Below, piece by piece: positions 10,045 to 18,808 of a stretch of 64,000 nucleotides of DNA. Under the pieces are notes generated by a model. It made no database searches. It was not told the DNA's origin and saw only the letters and a program-made list of their open reading frames with translations. The number at the start of each line of letters is the position of its first letter. Position 1 is the stretch's first letter. Origin of the DNA: an uncultured bacterium. GTDB lineage: Bacteria; Bipolaricaulota; Bipolaricaulia; UBA7950; UBA9294. The stretch is taken from NCBI GenBank assembly GCA_903857865.1, contig CAIOGO010000018.1:23588-87587 (forward strand), read 5' to 3'. A program made the position numbers and the translations under genes.

Positions 10045-10119
10045 CTACTTCTTGTCCGAAGGCTTGCTTGGCTTCTTTACTGGTGCTGCAGGAGTCTTCT
10101 TACCGCATCCACAACCCAT
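10045..10119 (-). CDS. Candidate 24-aa peptide MGCGCGKKTPAAPVKKPSKPSDKK (Cys-Gly N-terminus, Lys/Pro-rich tail)
   Basis: ATG preceded by AAGGGGG at about 9 nt. Codon usage is A/T-ending (aag, aca, cca, gta), atypical for this genome. It is the tail of track ORF 10045..10257. Confidence 0.25.
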   Translation of the reverse strand: MGCGCGKKTPAAPVKKPSKPSDKK

Positions 10120-10468
10120 GGAGTACGCCCCCTTCATCGGCGACGGATCGCCGACACCGACGAGGATAGCTCGATTGCCGTCCATGTCAAGGCTGGCGGC
10201 GGTGCGGGGAGGGTGTCCAGGGCTCCGATCGCGCCCACTTCTCTCCGCCAGCTGCATCGCGTTGCAGAAGGGCGAGAGCTTCTCTGACCAGCTTGGGGGT
10301 GTTGGCGAGCGTGTGGGTCTCGGACAGGTGAGTCCTCTTCCAGTCCAGGTGATCGTCGCCGGCCGCCATCACCCGATGCAACGCCAGCGCCTCAGCGTCG
10401 GCGAACGGCATGCGTCAGTGTTCGAGCAAACACTGCCCGGCGAGCGCGTTCGTCTCGCGCAACGAAAA

Positions 10469-10495
10469 GAGGCCCGCGTCCGAGGACGCGGGGCC
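10469..10495 (-). terminator. Intrinsic terminator (GC hairpin plus U-tract on the minus strand) for the MacB-type ABC operon
   Basis: Stem GCCCGCGTCC/GGACGCGGGC. On the minus strand it is followed by CUCUUUUCG. Lies about 160 nt downstream of the FtsX-like permease stop. Confidence 0.5.
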
Positions 10496-10548
10496 TCCGG
10501 AGGGAAGAGTCTCCCGGAGTTTCAGCTACTCCGCAGCCCAGCGCCGTC

Positions 10549-10663
10549 AGCTGCGGAGCCCGTCACTCCGCAGCCCCCGCCGTCAAGCCGCCGAGCGGAA
10601 TCCTCCTGCTGACATCACTCGGCGGCCCTACGCCGTCAGCTGCGGAGCCCGTCACTCCGCAGC
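10549..10663. repeat. Two copies of a REP-like palindromic unit (GCTGCGGAG-ccgtcac-CTCCGCAGC) at about 10549-10573 and 10639-10663
   Basis: A 33-nt direct repeat, each copy forming a perfect 9-bp stem hairpin. The second copy overlaps the stop codon of the permease gene. Confidence 0.6.
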
Positions 10664-12079
10664 CAGCGCCTCCACCGGATTGAGGCGGGACGCGCGCCAG
10701 GCGGGCCACGCCCCCGAAAGGGCGCCGATGACGAACGAGGCGACGAGCACGCCGACGATCAGCGTGGTTCCGAAGACCGGTTGGAACGAGCCGACGCCGA
10801 GCGCTGGTCCGAGCAGGCGCGTGCCGAAGAAGCTCAGCAGTCCGCCGAGCACGAGCCCGAGCACGCCGCCGATCAAGCCCATCAGGCCGGAGTCGACCAG
10901 GAAGAGGGCCATGACCTGGCCGTCCCGCGCGCCGACCGCTTTGAGGATCCCGATCTCGCGCGTCCTCTCAAGCACCGATGTATACATCGTATTCATGAGT
11001 CCGATTCCGCCGACAACCAGCGCGACTGCGGCAATGCTGGCGAGCACTGTCTCGATCATCCCCAACGTCCCCTGGATGTTTGCCGCGATCTGCTGGACCG
11101 ACACGGGTGTGGCTAGCACGCCCTGCGCGGTGAGCTCCGCCGAGATGCTTGTCATCACCTGATCGACCTTCGCGCCGGTGGCCATGCGGACGATGGTGAA
11201 CGAACTGCCCGCTTGTGAGATCCAAAGCGAGACGGCTCGCTCCCGCAGGACAAACAGTGAGTCGTCGGTATTCGTCATGCCACGCGCGAGGAGCGAGGCG
11301 CCCGTGCCGACGCCCCCAACCGTACCTGCGCCTGCCCTTGCCGTTCCGTTTCGTCTCCTGCCGGTCGCCGCGGAGGACTCTGCGGATACGGACCTCGACG
11401 AGGCGAGGATGCCGATGACGGCGAACTCGCTGCCGTCGATCGTGATCACGTCTCCGATGCCGATTCCGAGAGTCCGAGCGCTCCGTGCACCTATGACAAC
11501 CTCGTTCTCCGTCGTGTTCGTGAACGTGGTTCCGTTCGCGATGGTGAACCCCCCGAGGATGGACGGGAACGCGGCAAGGAAGCTCAACGATGGTGTCGTG
11601 ACGCGCAAGAATCCACTCGCCGAGGGACCTTCGACGCTAGCCACGCGGGTCCCCAGATTCCCCGCGTCAACAAGGCCAGTCACCGCCTTCAGAAGAGCCT
11701 GAGTATCCACAGCCGCCGCGGTTACGGTTGCTGCCGGTCCCGAGGACGGCGAAGTCGGGACTGACGCTGTGCCGATCTGATCCGGAGAGAATGTCCTCCC
11801 CGAAGGCGGCGCTGCCGACGTCGTCGCGCTTTGGCCAGCGAAGCCGGGACCACCCATCGTAGCGCTGGCCTGACCAAGGCCCGTGTTCGGCGTGATCACG
11901 ATGATGTCGTAGCCGATGTCCTTGAACTGCTGGAGAACGGCCTGCTCAACTCCCGTCCCGATGGAAAGGAGCGACACCACCGCGGTGACTCCGATCAAGA
12001 CGCCGAGGATCGTCAACCACGAGCGTGTCCTGCGGCTGCGGATGTTGTTGATGGCGAGCTTGACGAGATGGAGTGTCAT
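10652..12079 (-). CDS. ABC transporter permease, FtsX/MacB-type (4 TM with a large Thr/Ser/Gly/Ala-rich extracytoplasmic domain)
   Basis: C-terminal FtsX signature region (…TREIGILKAVGARDGQVMALFLVDSG…). N-terminal TM then a ~270 aa periplasmic domain. A 4-nt overlap (ATGA) with the ATPase gene. Confidence 0.9.
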   Translation of the reverse strand: MTLHLVKLAINNIRSRRTRSWLTILGVLIGVTAVVSLLSIGTGVEQAVLQQFKDIGYDIIVITPNTGLGQASATMGGPGFAGQSATTSAAPPSGRTFSPDQIGTASVPTSPSSGPAATVTAAAVDTQALLKAVTGLVDAGNLGTRVASVEGPSASGFLRVTTPSLSFLAAFPSILGGFTIANGTTFTNTTENEVVIGARSARTLGIGIGDVITIDGSEFAVIGILASSRSVSAESSAATGRRRNGTARAGAGTVGGVGTGASLLARGMTNTDDSLFVLRERAVSLWISQAGSSFTIVRMATGAKVDQVMTSISAELTAQGVLATPVSVQQIAANIQGTLGMIETVLASIAAVALVVGGIGLMNTMYTSVLERTREIGILKAVGARDGQVMALFLVDSGLMGLIGGVLGLVLGGLLSFFGTRLLGPALGVGSFQPVFGTTLIVGVLVASFVIGALSGAWPAWRASRLNPVEALAAE

Positions 12080-12771
12080 ACGAGTCCCTCCTTCCCATGA
12101 GAGGTCGAGAAGGACTCAACCTTCCCGTCCCGCAGGAGGACGAGTGTGTTGGCGCTCGCCGCGATCTCGGGGTTGTGCGTCACGACGACGACGGCTTTCC
12201 CTTTCTCCACGAGGCCTTTCAAGAGAAGGAGAATGCGCTGGCCTGTCCGGGTGTCGAGGTTGCCCGTCGGCTCGTCGGCGAGGATCAGCTTCGGATCGTT
12301 GATGAGAGCTCGCGCGATGGCCACCCGCTGCTGCTCTCCGCCCGACAGCTTCGACGGGCGGTGGTGCATCCGATCGCGGAGTTCGACGGCGTCGAGAGCA
12401 TCGAGCGCTCTCTTGCGCGCCTCGGCCGCCGGCTTGTTCTGCAACAGGAGCGGGATCTCGACGTTGCGCAGCGCGGTGAGGTTGGGGATCAGGTTGAACT
12501 TCTGGAACACGAACCCCACCGACTGCGCGCGGAAGTCGGCTCGCCCGCGCGACGAGAGCGCCCCCAGATCCGTTCCGTTGTAGTTGACGCGTCCGTGGGT
12601 CGGCGTGTCGAGACACCCGGCGAGATGGAGGAGCGTCGATTTCCCCGAACCCGAGGGGCCCATGATCACGGCGAGTCGCCGCTCGGGGAGCTCGAACGTC
12701 ACCCCCTGCAGGGCCTCAACTCGCGTCTCTCCCATCAGGTACGTCTTGTAGACATCGTGAAACGTGATCAT
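12076..12771 (-). CDS. ABC transporter ATP-binding protein (MacB/LolD-type)
   Basis: Walker [11 protein letters not shown]-loop, signature [15 protein letters not shown], Walker [13 protein letters not shown]-loop VTHN. Confidence 0.92.
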   Translation of the reverse strand: MITFHDVYKTYLMGETRVEALQGVTFELPERRLAVIMGPSGSGKSTLLHLAGCLDTPTHGRVNYNGTDLGALSSRGRADFRAQSVGFVFQKFNLIPNLTALRNVEIPLLLQNKPAAEARKRALDALDAVELRDRMHHRPSKLSGGEQQRVAIARALINDPKLILADEPTGNLDTRTGQRILLLLKGLVEKGKAVVVVTHNPEIAASANTLVLLRDGKVESFSTSHGKEGLV

Positions 12772-12779
12772 GGCCCTCC

Positions 12780-13469
12780 CTACGGCCTACGAACGTACTC
12801 CGTCAACTTGACCAAGCTGAACGTCAAGAGCGGCTGATCGGCCGCGGAGCTGTAGCGGAACTCCATCATCGCCGGGAAGGGCAAGAGCGCGCGGATTGTA
12901 AGATCCACGGCAAAGGCCAACTGGATCTCGACGTTCGTGTAGTCGGCGTGCGTGTAGGTTCCGTACACGACCTGAACCCCCGCGATCATGCCCACGGCTC
13001 CGGCCTGGAAACGGCCGCCGTCCGGCAGGATGTAGTTCTTGCCCGGCTCGATGACGCTCGATGAGATGTTGGACAGCGGCGACAGGTCGATCGTGCCGCT
13101 CGTGTTCTCCGCTACATGGATTCCAAGTCGCATCATCGGGATGCCGTAGAAGTCTGTGCGAACCATGGCGAGCGGCAACGTCTCGCTGCTCGTCGAGACG
13201 ACCGTGTACGTCCCGTCGGCGACCGGCGTGATCTCGGTCGTCGTCGTCGAGGTCCGGTTCGCGCCCTCGCGCGAGACGGTGTACGTGTACTTCAGGTACC
13301 CACCGGGATAGGGGCCTCCGCCGAACAGACTCACGCTCGCCGGCCGAGCATTCGCGTTCGCCGGGGCCGTGGTATTCGCCCCATCCGTCTGCGCCAAGCC
13401 GACGACGCCAAGGGCAAGAACCGACAGCAAGACCACGCTGGCCATGGGGTGCCGCACACTCTTCTTCAT
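12780..13469 (-). CDS. Secreted hypothetical protein (signal peptide). First gene of the MacB-type operon. No HlyD/MacA features.
   Basis: N-terminal signal peptide (MKKSVRHPMASVVLLSVLALGVVGLAQT). 229 aa, Thr/Ser-rich, predicted beta-rich. 8-nt gap to the ATPase gene. Confidence 0.65.
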   Translation of the reverse strand: MKKSVRHPMASVVLLSVLALGVVGLAQTDGANTTAPANANARPASVSLFGGGPYPGGYLKYTYTVSREGANRTSTTTTEITPVADGTYTVVSTSSETLPLAMVRTDFYGIPMMRLGIHVAENTSGTIDLSPLSNISSSVIEPGKNYILPDGGRFQAGAVGMIAGVQVVYGTYTHADYTNVEIQLAFAVDLTIRALLPFPAMMEFRYSSAADQPLLTFSLVKLTEYVRRP

Positions 13470-13607
13470 TCCGCAACCTCCATGCTGATGCTATGGAAAC
13501 GACGATAGTCGGCGGCCGTGAGGCCAGTCGAGCACCCGTGTGGCAGTCTTGTGTTCACGGGTTCTGGATTGAGAATGATTCCACAAGCGCGCGTCGTCCG
13601 TGAATCC

Positions 13608-13668
13608 TGTAGCGTCGCACGCGTTCGGTCCTAACGAGAGAACGCGCCGCACCACTGCGTGCGACGTT
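13608..13668. repeat. About 60-bp conserved hairpin repeat element, copy 1 (stem CGTCGCACGC…GCGTGCGACG, about 34-nt loop)
   Basis: About 85% identical to 39118-39178 in the same orientation. The 10-bp stem arms are identical in both copies while the loop varies. Confidence 0.7.
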
Positions 13669-13730
13669 CACGTGTCCGCGTTGACGTGCGACGTTGGCGT
13701 ATCGGAATTGTCGTCGGAGACAATGACGTC

Positions 13731-13838
13731 GGAGGCAAGCTCCGACGCTACAGCGGAAAGGTTGAACCGCCGCAAGCCCTAGCTCCCGGCACCAACGAGA
13801 CGCCTGGAGGCAAGCTCCGACGCTACAGCGGAAAGGTG
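13731..13838. repeat. Two 32-nt direct repeats (GGAGGCAAGCTCCGACGCTACAGCGGAAAGGT) at 13731-13762 and 13807-13838, separated by 44 nt
   Basis: Exact 32/32 match. The first copy is embedded in a CGTCGGAG-GCAA-GCTCCGACG tetraloop-like hairpin. Flanked by motif TCTTGGCGCGCTTTGCG (about 13863). Confidence 0.6.
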
Positions 13839-13907
13839 AAATCGACGCGAGCCCCTTGTCTTCTCTTGGCGCGCTTTGCGTGATGCGGTCGATCGGCAAC
13901 TGCGCGG

Positions 13908-14555
13908 CTACTTGCCGTCCACCGGGATCGGTGGGTAGACGGGGCCACCGCCGCACTCCGCGGCGAACGACTGCACGAACGCAACCGCCGAGGCGATGGT
14001 TCCTACGCTATCTGGAGCTTCCGCCACGAACCGGACACGTTCCCCCGGATCGATCGACTGGATGTCGACCAGTGCCTCGGCAACGCGCACGCCGTCTTGG
14101 TCGTAGAACTTCACCTTGATCGACGCGGAGTAAAGGAATAGGTCGCTCAGATTGGCGAGCTCTCCCACCGCGCGGGCTGGATACCCGGCGCTGAAGGTGA
14201 CGTTGCGGACCTCGACGACCGTGTCAACGGCAACCGTTTGCTCGACCGTCGCCTTCATCCCGCGATCGTCGGTGATCGTCAGCGAGACGGTGTACGTGCC
14301 GGGTTCGAGGTAGCGGTGAGTTGTCCAGCCGTAGTAGTCGTCGACCTGATTCCCGTCGCCGTAGTTCCACTCGAAGAAGACGAGCCCGTGGCCGACGGCG
14401 CTCTGCGACGTCGAAGAGAACTGGACGTCGAGATCGCCCCTCGAGCCGTCGGGACACGTCGTGAAACCGGCGATCGGCGGCAAGCACGGGCCGGAGCACC
14501 CTCCCACGAAGACCAAGCCGAAGAACGCGAGCAAGAGAATGAGACGCTTTGTCAT
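13908..14555 (-). CDS. Lipoprotein with PKD domain
   Basis: Start re-called at MTKRLILLLAFFGLVFVGGCSG (lipobox). PKD motif FEWNYGDGN…GTYTVSLTITDDRG. The longer track ORF (to 15194) is a spurious Arg-rich extension. Confidence 0.75.
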   Translation of the reverse strand: MTKRLILLLAFFGLVFVGGCSGPCLPPIAGFTTCPDGSRGDLDVQFSSTSQSAVGHGLVFFEWNYGDGNQVDDYYGWTTHRYLEPGTYTVSLTITDDRGMKATVEQTVAVDTVVEVRNVTFSAGYPARAVGELANLSDLFLYSASIKVKFYDQDGVRVAEALVDIQSIDPGERVRFVAEAPDSVGTIASAVAFVQSFAAECGGGPVYPPIPVDGK

Positions 14556-14635
14556 AGAACCCTCCCCCACGCGAACCACTCTAGCGGGAACCCCACCGTA
14601 GCGCAATGCGCTCTGCGACCCAGTCGCCCGCCCTT

Positions 14636-15433
14636 TCAGAGGCGCTGGCGAACGGCCTCGTACAAGAGGATCGCCGCGGCGGCGGAGACGTTGAGCGAAT
14701 CGTTTCTCCCGAGCATCGGGATGCGGACGCGCAGGTCGGCATAGCTCGTCCACACGGTGGACAGTCCGGCGTCCTCGGCTCCGACCACGATGGCGAGGGA
14801 TCCTGTCAGGTCGGCGGCCGTGTGCAGGAGTTCCGCGTCGGGCTCGGTCGTGACGATCCGGACGCCGTGTTCCTTGAGCCAACGCACGGCATCCCCCGAT
14901 GAGGCCAGCACGACGGGGAGATAGAAGACGGTCCCGATGCTCGCCCGAATGAGGTTCGGGTTCCCAAGATCGGTCGCCGGGTCGCAGACGATGACTGCGT
15001 CCACGCCGGCGCCGTCGGCCGTCCGCAGGAGAGCGCCGAGGTTGCCCGGCTTCTCCACCTTCTCGGCGACGAGAAGAAGAGCGTCCTTGGGGAGAACGAG
15101 GTCGTCGAGGCTCCGCGCAGCCATCGGGCCTACGGCGAGCAGCCCGTCCGGGTTCTCGCGGTACGACATCTTCTCGAACGTCTCGATGCTGCAACGGAAG
15201 ACGCGAACTCCGCGCTTCTCGGCGTCAACTGCCAACGCGCGCGCAGCCTCGTCGGCCTGTTCGAGGCATACGTAGACTTCCTCGGGCGTCCACCCACTCT
15301 GGATTGCGCGGGCCACTTCGCGAGATCCTTCGACGACGGCGAGGCCGGACTCACGCCTCGCGGCGGCGTCGCGCAAAAGCCGGACGACCGCCTTGATGCG
15401 CGCGTTCTGGAGGCTGCGGATCTCGTCTTTCAT
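14636..15433 (-). CDS. TrmH/SpoU-family RNA 2'-O-methyltransferase (RlmB-like)
   Basis: SpoU_sub_bind-like N-terminus followed by SpoU MTase motifs (LLLVAEKVEKPGNLGALLRTADGAGVDAVIV…; C-terminal LNVSAAAAILLYE). Start re-called at MKDEIRSL. Confidence 0.85.
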   Translation of the reverse strand: MKDEIRSLQNARIKAVVRLLRDAAARRESGLAVVEGSREVARAIQSGWTPEEVYVCLEQADEAARALAVDAEKRGVRVFRCSIETFEKMSYRENPDGLLAVGPMAARSLDDLVLPKDALLLVAEKVEKPGNLGALLRTADGAGVDAVIVCDPATDLGNPNLIRASIGTVFYLPVVLASSGDAVRWLKEHGVRIVTTEPDAELLHTAADLTGSLAIVVGAEDAGLSTVWTSYADLRVRIPMLGRNDSLNVSAAAAILLYEAVRQRL

Positions 15434-15597
15434 GTCCCTTCTCGCAGAGTAGTCGAGCGATGCAGCGAACGCCAATCCGTGGCAAACCATCCTCCCACGT
15501 CTCTGCGACTTCCGCCTCTCCTCGGGCCGTGCCGCTCGCGGCCGGTGGCGCCCACTGACCCGTCTGGGGTAAGCTCCCGGGCGCGAAAGGAGACGTC

Positions 15598-15750
15598 ATG
15601 CACGAAGCGACCGTTGCGGGCGGCGAGTGGATCTCCATCTGGCTCTCGCCTATCGCCTACCTCGTCCTCGATGTCCTGTTCATCGCGCTTTTCTTCGTGG
15701 CGGCCGACCTCCTCTTGAAGGTCCTCCGTCGGGCGCGTCACCGCGGCTAG
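15598..15750 (+). CDS. Candidate 50-aa small membrane protein (not in the ORF track)
   Basis: ATG preceded by AAAGGAG at 6 nt. Single hydrophobic helix (WISIWLSPIAYLVLDVLFIALFFVAADLLL) with a basic C-terminus. Sits in the gap between the TrmH gene and the PPC-repeat gene. Confidence 0.4.
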   Translation: MHEATVAGGEWISIWLSPIAYLVLDVLFIALFFVAADLLLKVLRRARHRG

Positions 15751-15784
15751 CCTCCTCGCTCCGCGGCTCCCTTCTCACCGTCCG

Positions 15785-17305
15785 CTACGTCTCCGCGCGA
15801 ACGAGCAAGTGGTACGCGACAGGGCTAGTCCCCGCGAAGAGTTCGACTCGGACGAAGTACGTCCCGGGGTCGAGTTCGTACCTGACGAGACTCCATAGCT
15901 CGGCCCCTCCGTCGTCGTCGCAGGCGATCGTGTTCCCCTCGGCATCGAGGAGGCAGATCGTCGTATCCCCGTTAGCTTCTCCGTACGTCTCCGCGATGAC
16001 CGTGGCGGGCGTCGTCAGCTCGAAGCGGTACACGTCGGCGTTGGTCGGCGCGATCTCCGCGGCGACGTCGTACGGAAGCGTAATCGGGTCTGCGGTTCCG
16101 ATGGAATCGTTGGGTTCCGACTCGGGTCCCTCGGCCGGGCATGAGGTCGTGGTCAGCGTGAGGGTGTAGTCGAACAGGCTCTCCTCGTCCGCGGCACGAA
16201 CCGTGACAATATGGCGGCCGGCATCCACCTTGCGGAACAGGCGGCTCCACACGCCGTCGCCGCCGTCGTCGTCACAGGCAATCTCGTTCCCGTCCTGGTC
16301 GTAGAGACAGACAAGACTGTCCCCGCTGGAGGCGCCGCTCGTCTCAAGTAGCACGCACGTCGTCGCCGAGACGGTGAAAGAGAACGCGTCGACGTCGCCC
16401 TCGTCGATGAACTGGGTCGTCTCCAGTCGGCCGCCCGGCGCCAGCACGCCCAGCGGCGTGGCCTCGTCCGGTGTGTCGTTCGGCTCGGCGTTCGAGATCG
16501 TCATCGCTGTGACGACAACGCGATACGTGGCGATCGTCTCGTTGTCCGCGTACTCGTGGACGCGCAGCGTGTAGCGCCCGGGCTCGGGTTGGACGACGTA
16601 CAGTCGGCTCCACGACCCGGAGCCCGAATCGTCGTTGCGCGCGACCGGCACCGCGCGTTCGAGCGTCTTGTCCTCGGCGTAGAGGAGAAGAAGGGTGTCG
16701 CCCGACGGACACGGCGTCTCGATGCGCACGATCCTCGACATCCCCGGCGCGAGGCCGGTTGCGAAGTCCTCGGGCACGTCGAACGAGAAGAAGTCCACGT
16801 CGCCCGCCGGGGCGATGGACGCGAACGCGCTCAGCGGCTCGCTTCCCAGCGTCCCCAGCGCGGTGGCCTCCACGAGGCCGTCGTTCGATTCGTGTTCGAG
16901 CGCGTTGCTGATCACGAAGACGTAGGATCCAGTGCCGAGGTCCGATTGCTGGATCCGCACGCGATAGCGGCCGGGCGCGAGATCCCGAGTGAGCGAGTCG
17001 GCTCCCGAAACGATGTGGGTCAAGTTGTCGGCGTAGAGCACGATCTGCCAAGTAACATCGGATTCGGTGGCCAGGCGGATTGCCTGTGACCCGCTGCCGC
17101 TGACTTCAAACGAGAACCAGTCAATGTCTCCGGCGTAGCCCGACGTCCCGTCGACGAGGATGGTCGTCAAGGGCTTCGATAGCGCGCCCACGGCCTGGGG
17201 CGTCGCATCGTTCGGCTCGATCTCCTTGACAGTCGCCGTCGCGACGGCCCAGCCGACGCAGAGCATCACGCTGAGTATCCATCCCATTCGCACTGAACGA
17301 CGCAT
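15785..17305 (-). CDS. Secreted protein with four tandem pre-peptidase C-terminal (PPC)-like domains
   Basis: Start re-called at MRRSVRMGWILSVMLCVGWAVATA (signal peptide). About 120-aa repeats, each with EPND…GDVD(W/A)FSF… and acidic Ca-binding-like segments (CDDDGG). Confidence 0.75.
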   Translation of the reverse strand: MRRSVRMGWILSVMLCVGWAVATATVKEIEPNDATPQAVGALSKPLTTILVDGTSGYAGDIDWFSFEVSGSGSQAIRLATESDVTWQIVLYADNLTHIVSGADSLTRDLAPGRYRVRIQQSDLGTGSYVFVISNALEHESNDGLVEATALGTLGSEPLSAFASIAPAGDVDFFSFDVPEDFATGLAPGMSRIVRIETPCPSGDTLLLLYAEDKTLERAVPVARNDDSGSGSWSRLYVVQPEPGRYTLRVHEYADNETIATYRVVVTAMTISNAEPNDTPDEATPLGVLAPGGRLETTQFIDEGDVDAFSFTVSATTCVLLETSGASSGDSLVCLYDQDGNEIACDDDGGDGVWSRLFRKVDAGRHIVTVRAADEESLFDYTLTLTTTSCPAEGPESEPNDSIGTADPITLPYDVAAEIAPTNADVYRFELTTPATVIAETYGEANGDTTICLLDAEGNTIACDDDGGAELWSLVRYELDPGTYFVRVELFAGTSPVAYHLLVRAET

Positions 17306-17449
17306 GGTGCCGCCCTCCCCGTCGCGCCGTGTCGGCGCCGTCCGATGTCGCACTCTCCGACAGCCCGCGCTGTCGCGCTCCTCGGCGCTTCCGAGGATGC
17401 CGCCAACGTACGGCGACCCGAGCATTCGGTCAACTGACCCGACCTTGAC

Positions 17450-18808
17450 CTACTCCTCGAGGCTGAACGGCGGGTAGCGATCGGTCATGAGCGCGGCGTA
17501 AGCGAGCACGCGGAATGACCAGCGGTTGGCGCCGACGATGATCTTGAACAGGTCGACCGGATACCGACTCGTGAACAAGAGCATCACGCCTGCGAAGAGG
17601 GTGAGGATCAGCACGAGTCCGCCCCAGTGCAGGCCGATGCCTCCGAGGAGGACGCCGACGATGACGTAGTGCGGAATCGCAAGGAGCCACCACTTCACCA
17701 GCGCCAGACGCCGCGACAGCTTCTCGGGGTACGGGATGTCGAGATCGGCCGGGTAGCCGCCGGCGCGAAGCGTGAACGGCGGGTACCGGTCCGTCCCAAG
17801 CGCCTGGTAGCCGTAGAAGCCGACGCGCCACGTCCAGCGCAGGACACCGACGTTGTACTCGAACAGGCCGCGCGGGTAGCGACCCGTGAACAAGATTGCG
17901 ACGAGCGACAGGCCCCACGAGCAGACGAACCCCATCCACAGGAAGCCGAGGACGATCAAGTGTGGAATGAGCAGGAACCACTTCACGAGCCACAGCGCGG
18001 GCGAGAGAGTCTCGACGTGCTCGGCCTGGAACGAAAGCGGGAACTGCGAAGGCGAACTTGCCGCGGCGGCCGGTCCGGCCGCGCTGCTCGCGGCTGCGCC
18101 GCTTGCGGAAGAAGCCCCTGGCGCGCTGCGCCCTGCGCCCCGCGCCGACAGGAGAATGGCGACGAGGCCAAGGATGAAGAGAACGGCGCCAACCCCGAGG
18201 ACAATCGCGGCGATCCTCAAGACGACGGGCGCCTTGATGCCGAGCGACACGACGGCGTTGACGCCGCGCGAGCCGTCGGCGTTCATCAGGACGACGCAGT
18301 AGTCGCCCGGCTCGATGCGCCAGTCCAGCCGTTGCGACTTCGAGCCCGCAGCGTTCTCCAGCCAAAACGTCTGCGTCGCTGGAGCTGGCGGGATCGTCGT
18401 GCCTGTTGACGTTTCGTACTGAAGGCGCGGCCGGCGCGGCCGATCGGCGGCCTCGACTCCGAGCCTGCGAATCTCGGCGTAGCTCACGCCGTTCAAGTAG
18501 CGCTCGACATCGGCGCGCTCGGCGAGCCCGACGAACATCGGCTTCCCTTCCGCGCCGCGGCCGGCAACCACGAGGCGAAGCGTCACCGCGTGCCGCCACC
18601 AGAACCACGGAGCCCCCTCGATTCGGGCGGGAGCCACGACGGCGTACGCGTCCTGGTTGATCGACGTCGAGCGGAGCGAGACAAAGCCCTCCGCGTCCGC
18701 GAGCACCCGCTCCGCCACGAGCACGCCGCCCCCGCCGAGGAGAAGTCCGAGCCCCACGAGGAGCACGAGGCCTCCGACAACAATCCCTAGGATCCTTCCT
18801 GCGCTCAC
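17450..18808 (-). CDS. Membrane protein with an N-terminal extracytoplasmic domain and two C-terminal DUF4389-like domains
   Basis: TM, a ~170 aa domain, TM, an Ala/Ser linker, then a duplicated motif (KWxLxIPHxxVxGxL…TGRYPxxLFxxxVGxxRWxxRV…YxALxTDRYPPF). Confidence 0.75.
   Translation of the reverse strand: MSAGRILGIVVGGLVLLVGLGLLLGGGGVLVAERVLADAEGFVSLRSTSINQDAYAVVAPARIEGAPWFWWRHAVTLRLVVAGRGAEGKPMFVGLAERADVERYLNGVSYAEIRRLGVEAADRPRRPRLQYETSTGTTIPPAPATQTFWLENAAGSKSQRLDWRIEPGDYCVVLMNADGSRGVNAVVSLGIKAPVVLRIAAIVLGVGAVLFILGLVAILLSARGAGRSAPGASSASGAAASSAAGPAAAASSPSQFPLSFQAEHVETLSPALWLVKWFLLIPHLIVLGFLWMGFVCSWGLSLVAILFTGRYPRGLFEYNVGVLRWTWRVGFYGYQALGTDRYPPFTLRAGGYPADLDIPYPEKLSRRLALVKWWLLAIPHYVIVGVLLGGIGLHWGGLVLILTLFAGVMLLFTSRYPVDLFKIIVGANRWSFRVLAYAALMTDRYPPFSLEE

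Noticed and set aside
10187-10411. 74-aa ORF on the minus strand
   Set aside because: Overlaps the alternative small ORF in another frame. No SD and no recognisable motif. Lies in the terminator/REP region. Likely non-coding.
13731-13838. Possible CRISPR array (32-nt repeat, ~44-nt spacer)
   Set aside because: Only two repeat copies. The repeat is not CRISPR-like (no typical palindromic core or terminal GAAA(C/G)). No cas genes lie within the window. It is adjacent to another repeat-element family, which favours a MITE or small-RNA explanation.
14556-15194. N-terminal 213 codons of track ORF 13908..15194
   Set aside because: Arg/Pro/Gly-rich and overlaps the TrmH gene on the same strand. 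The real lipoprotein starts at the internal MTKRLILL… with a lipobox.
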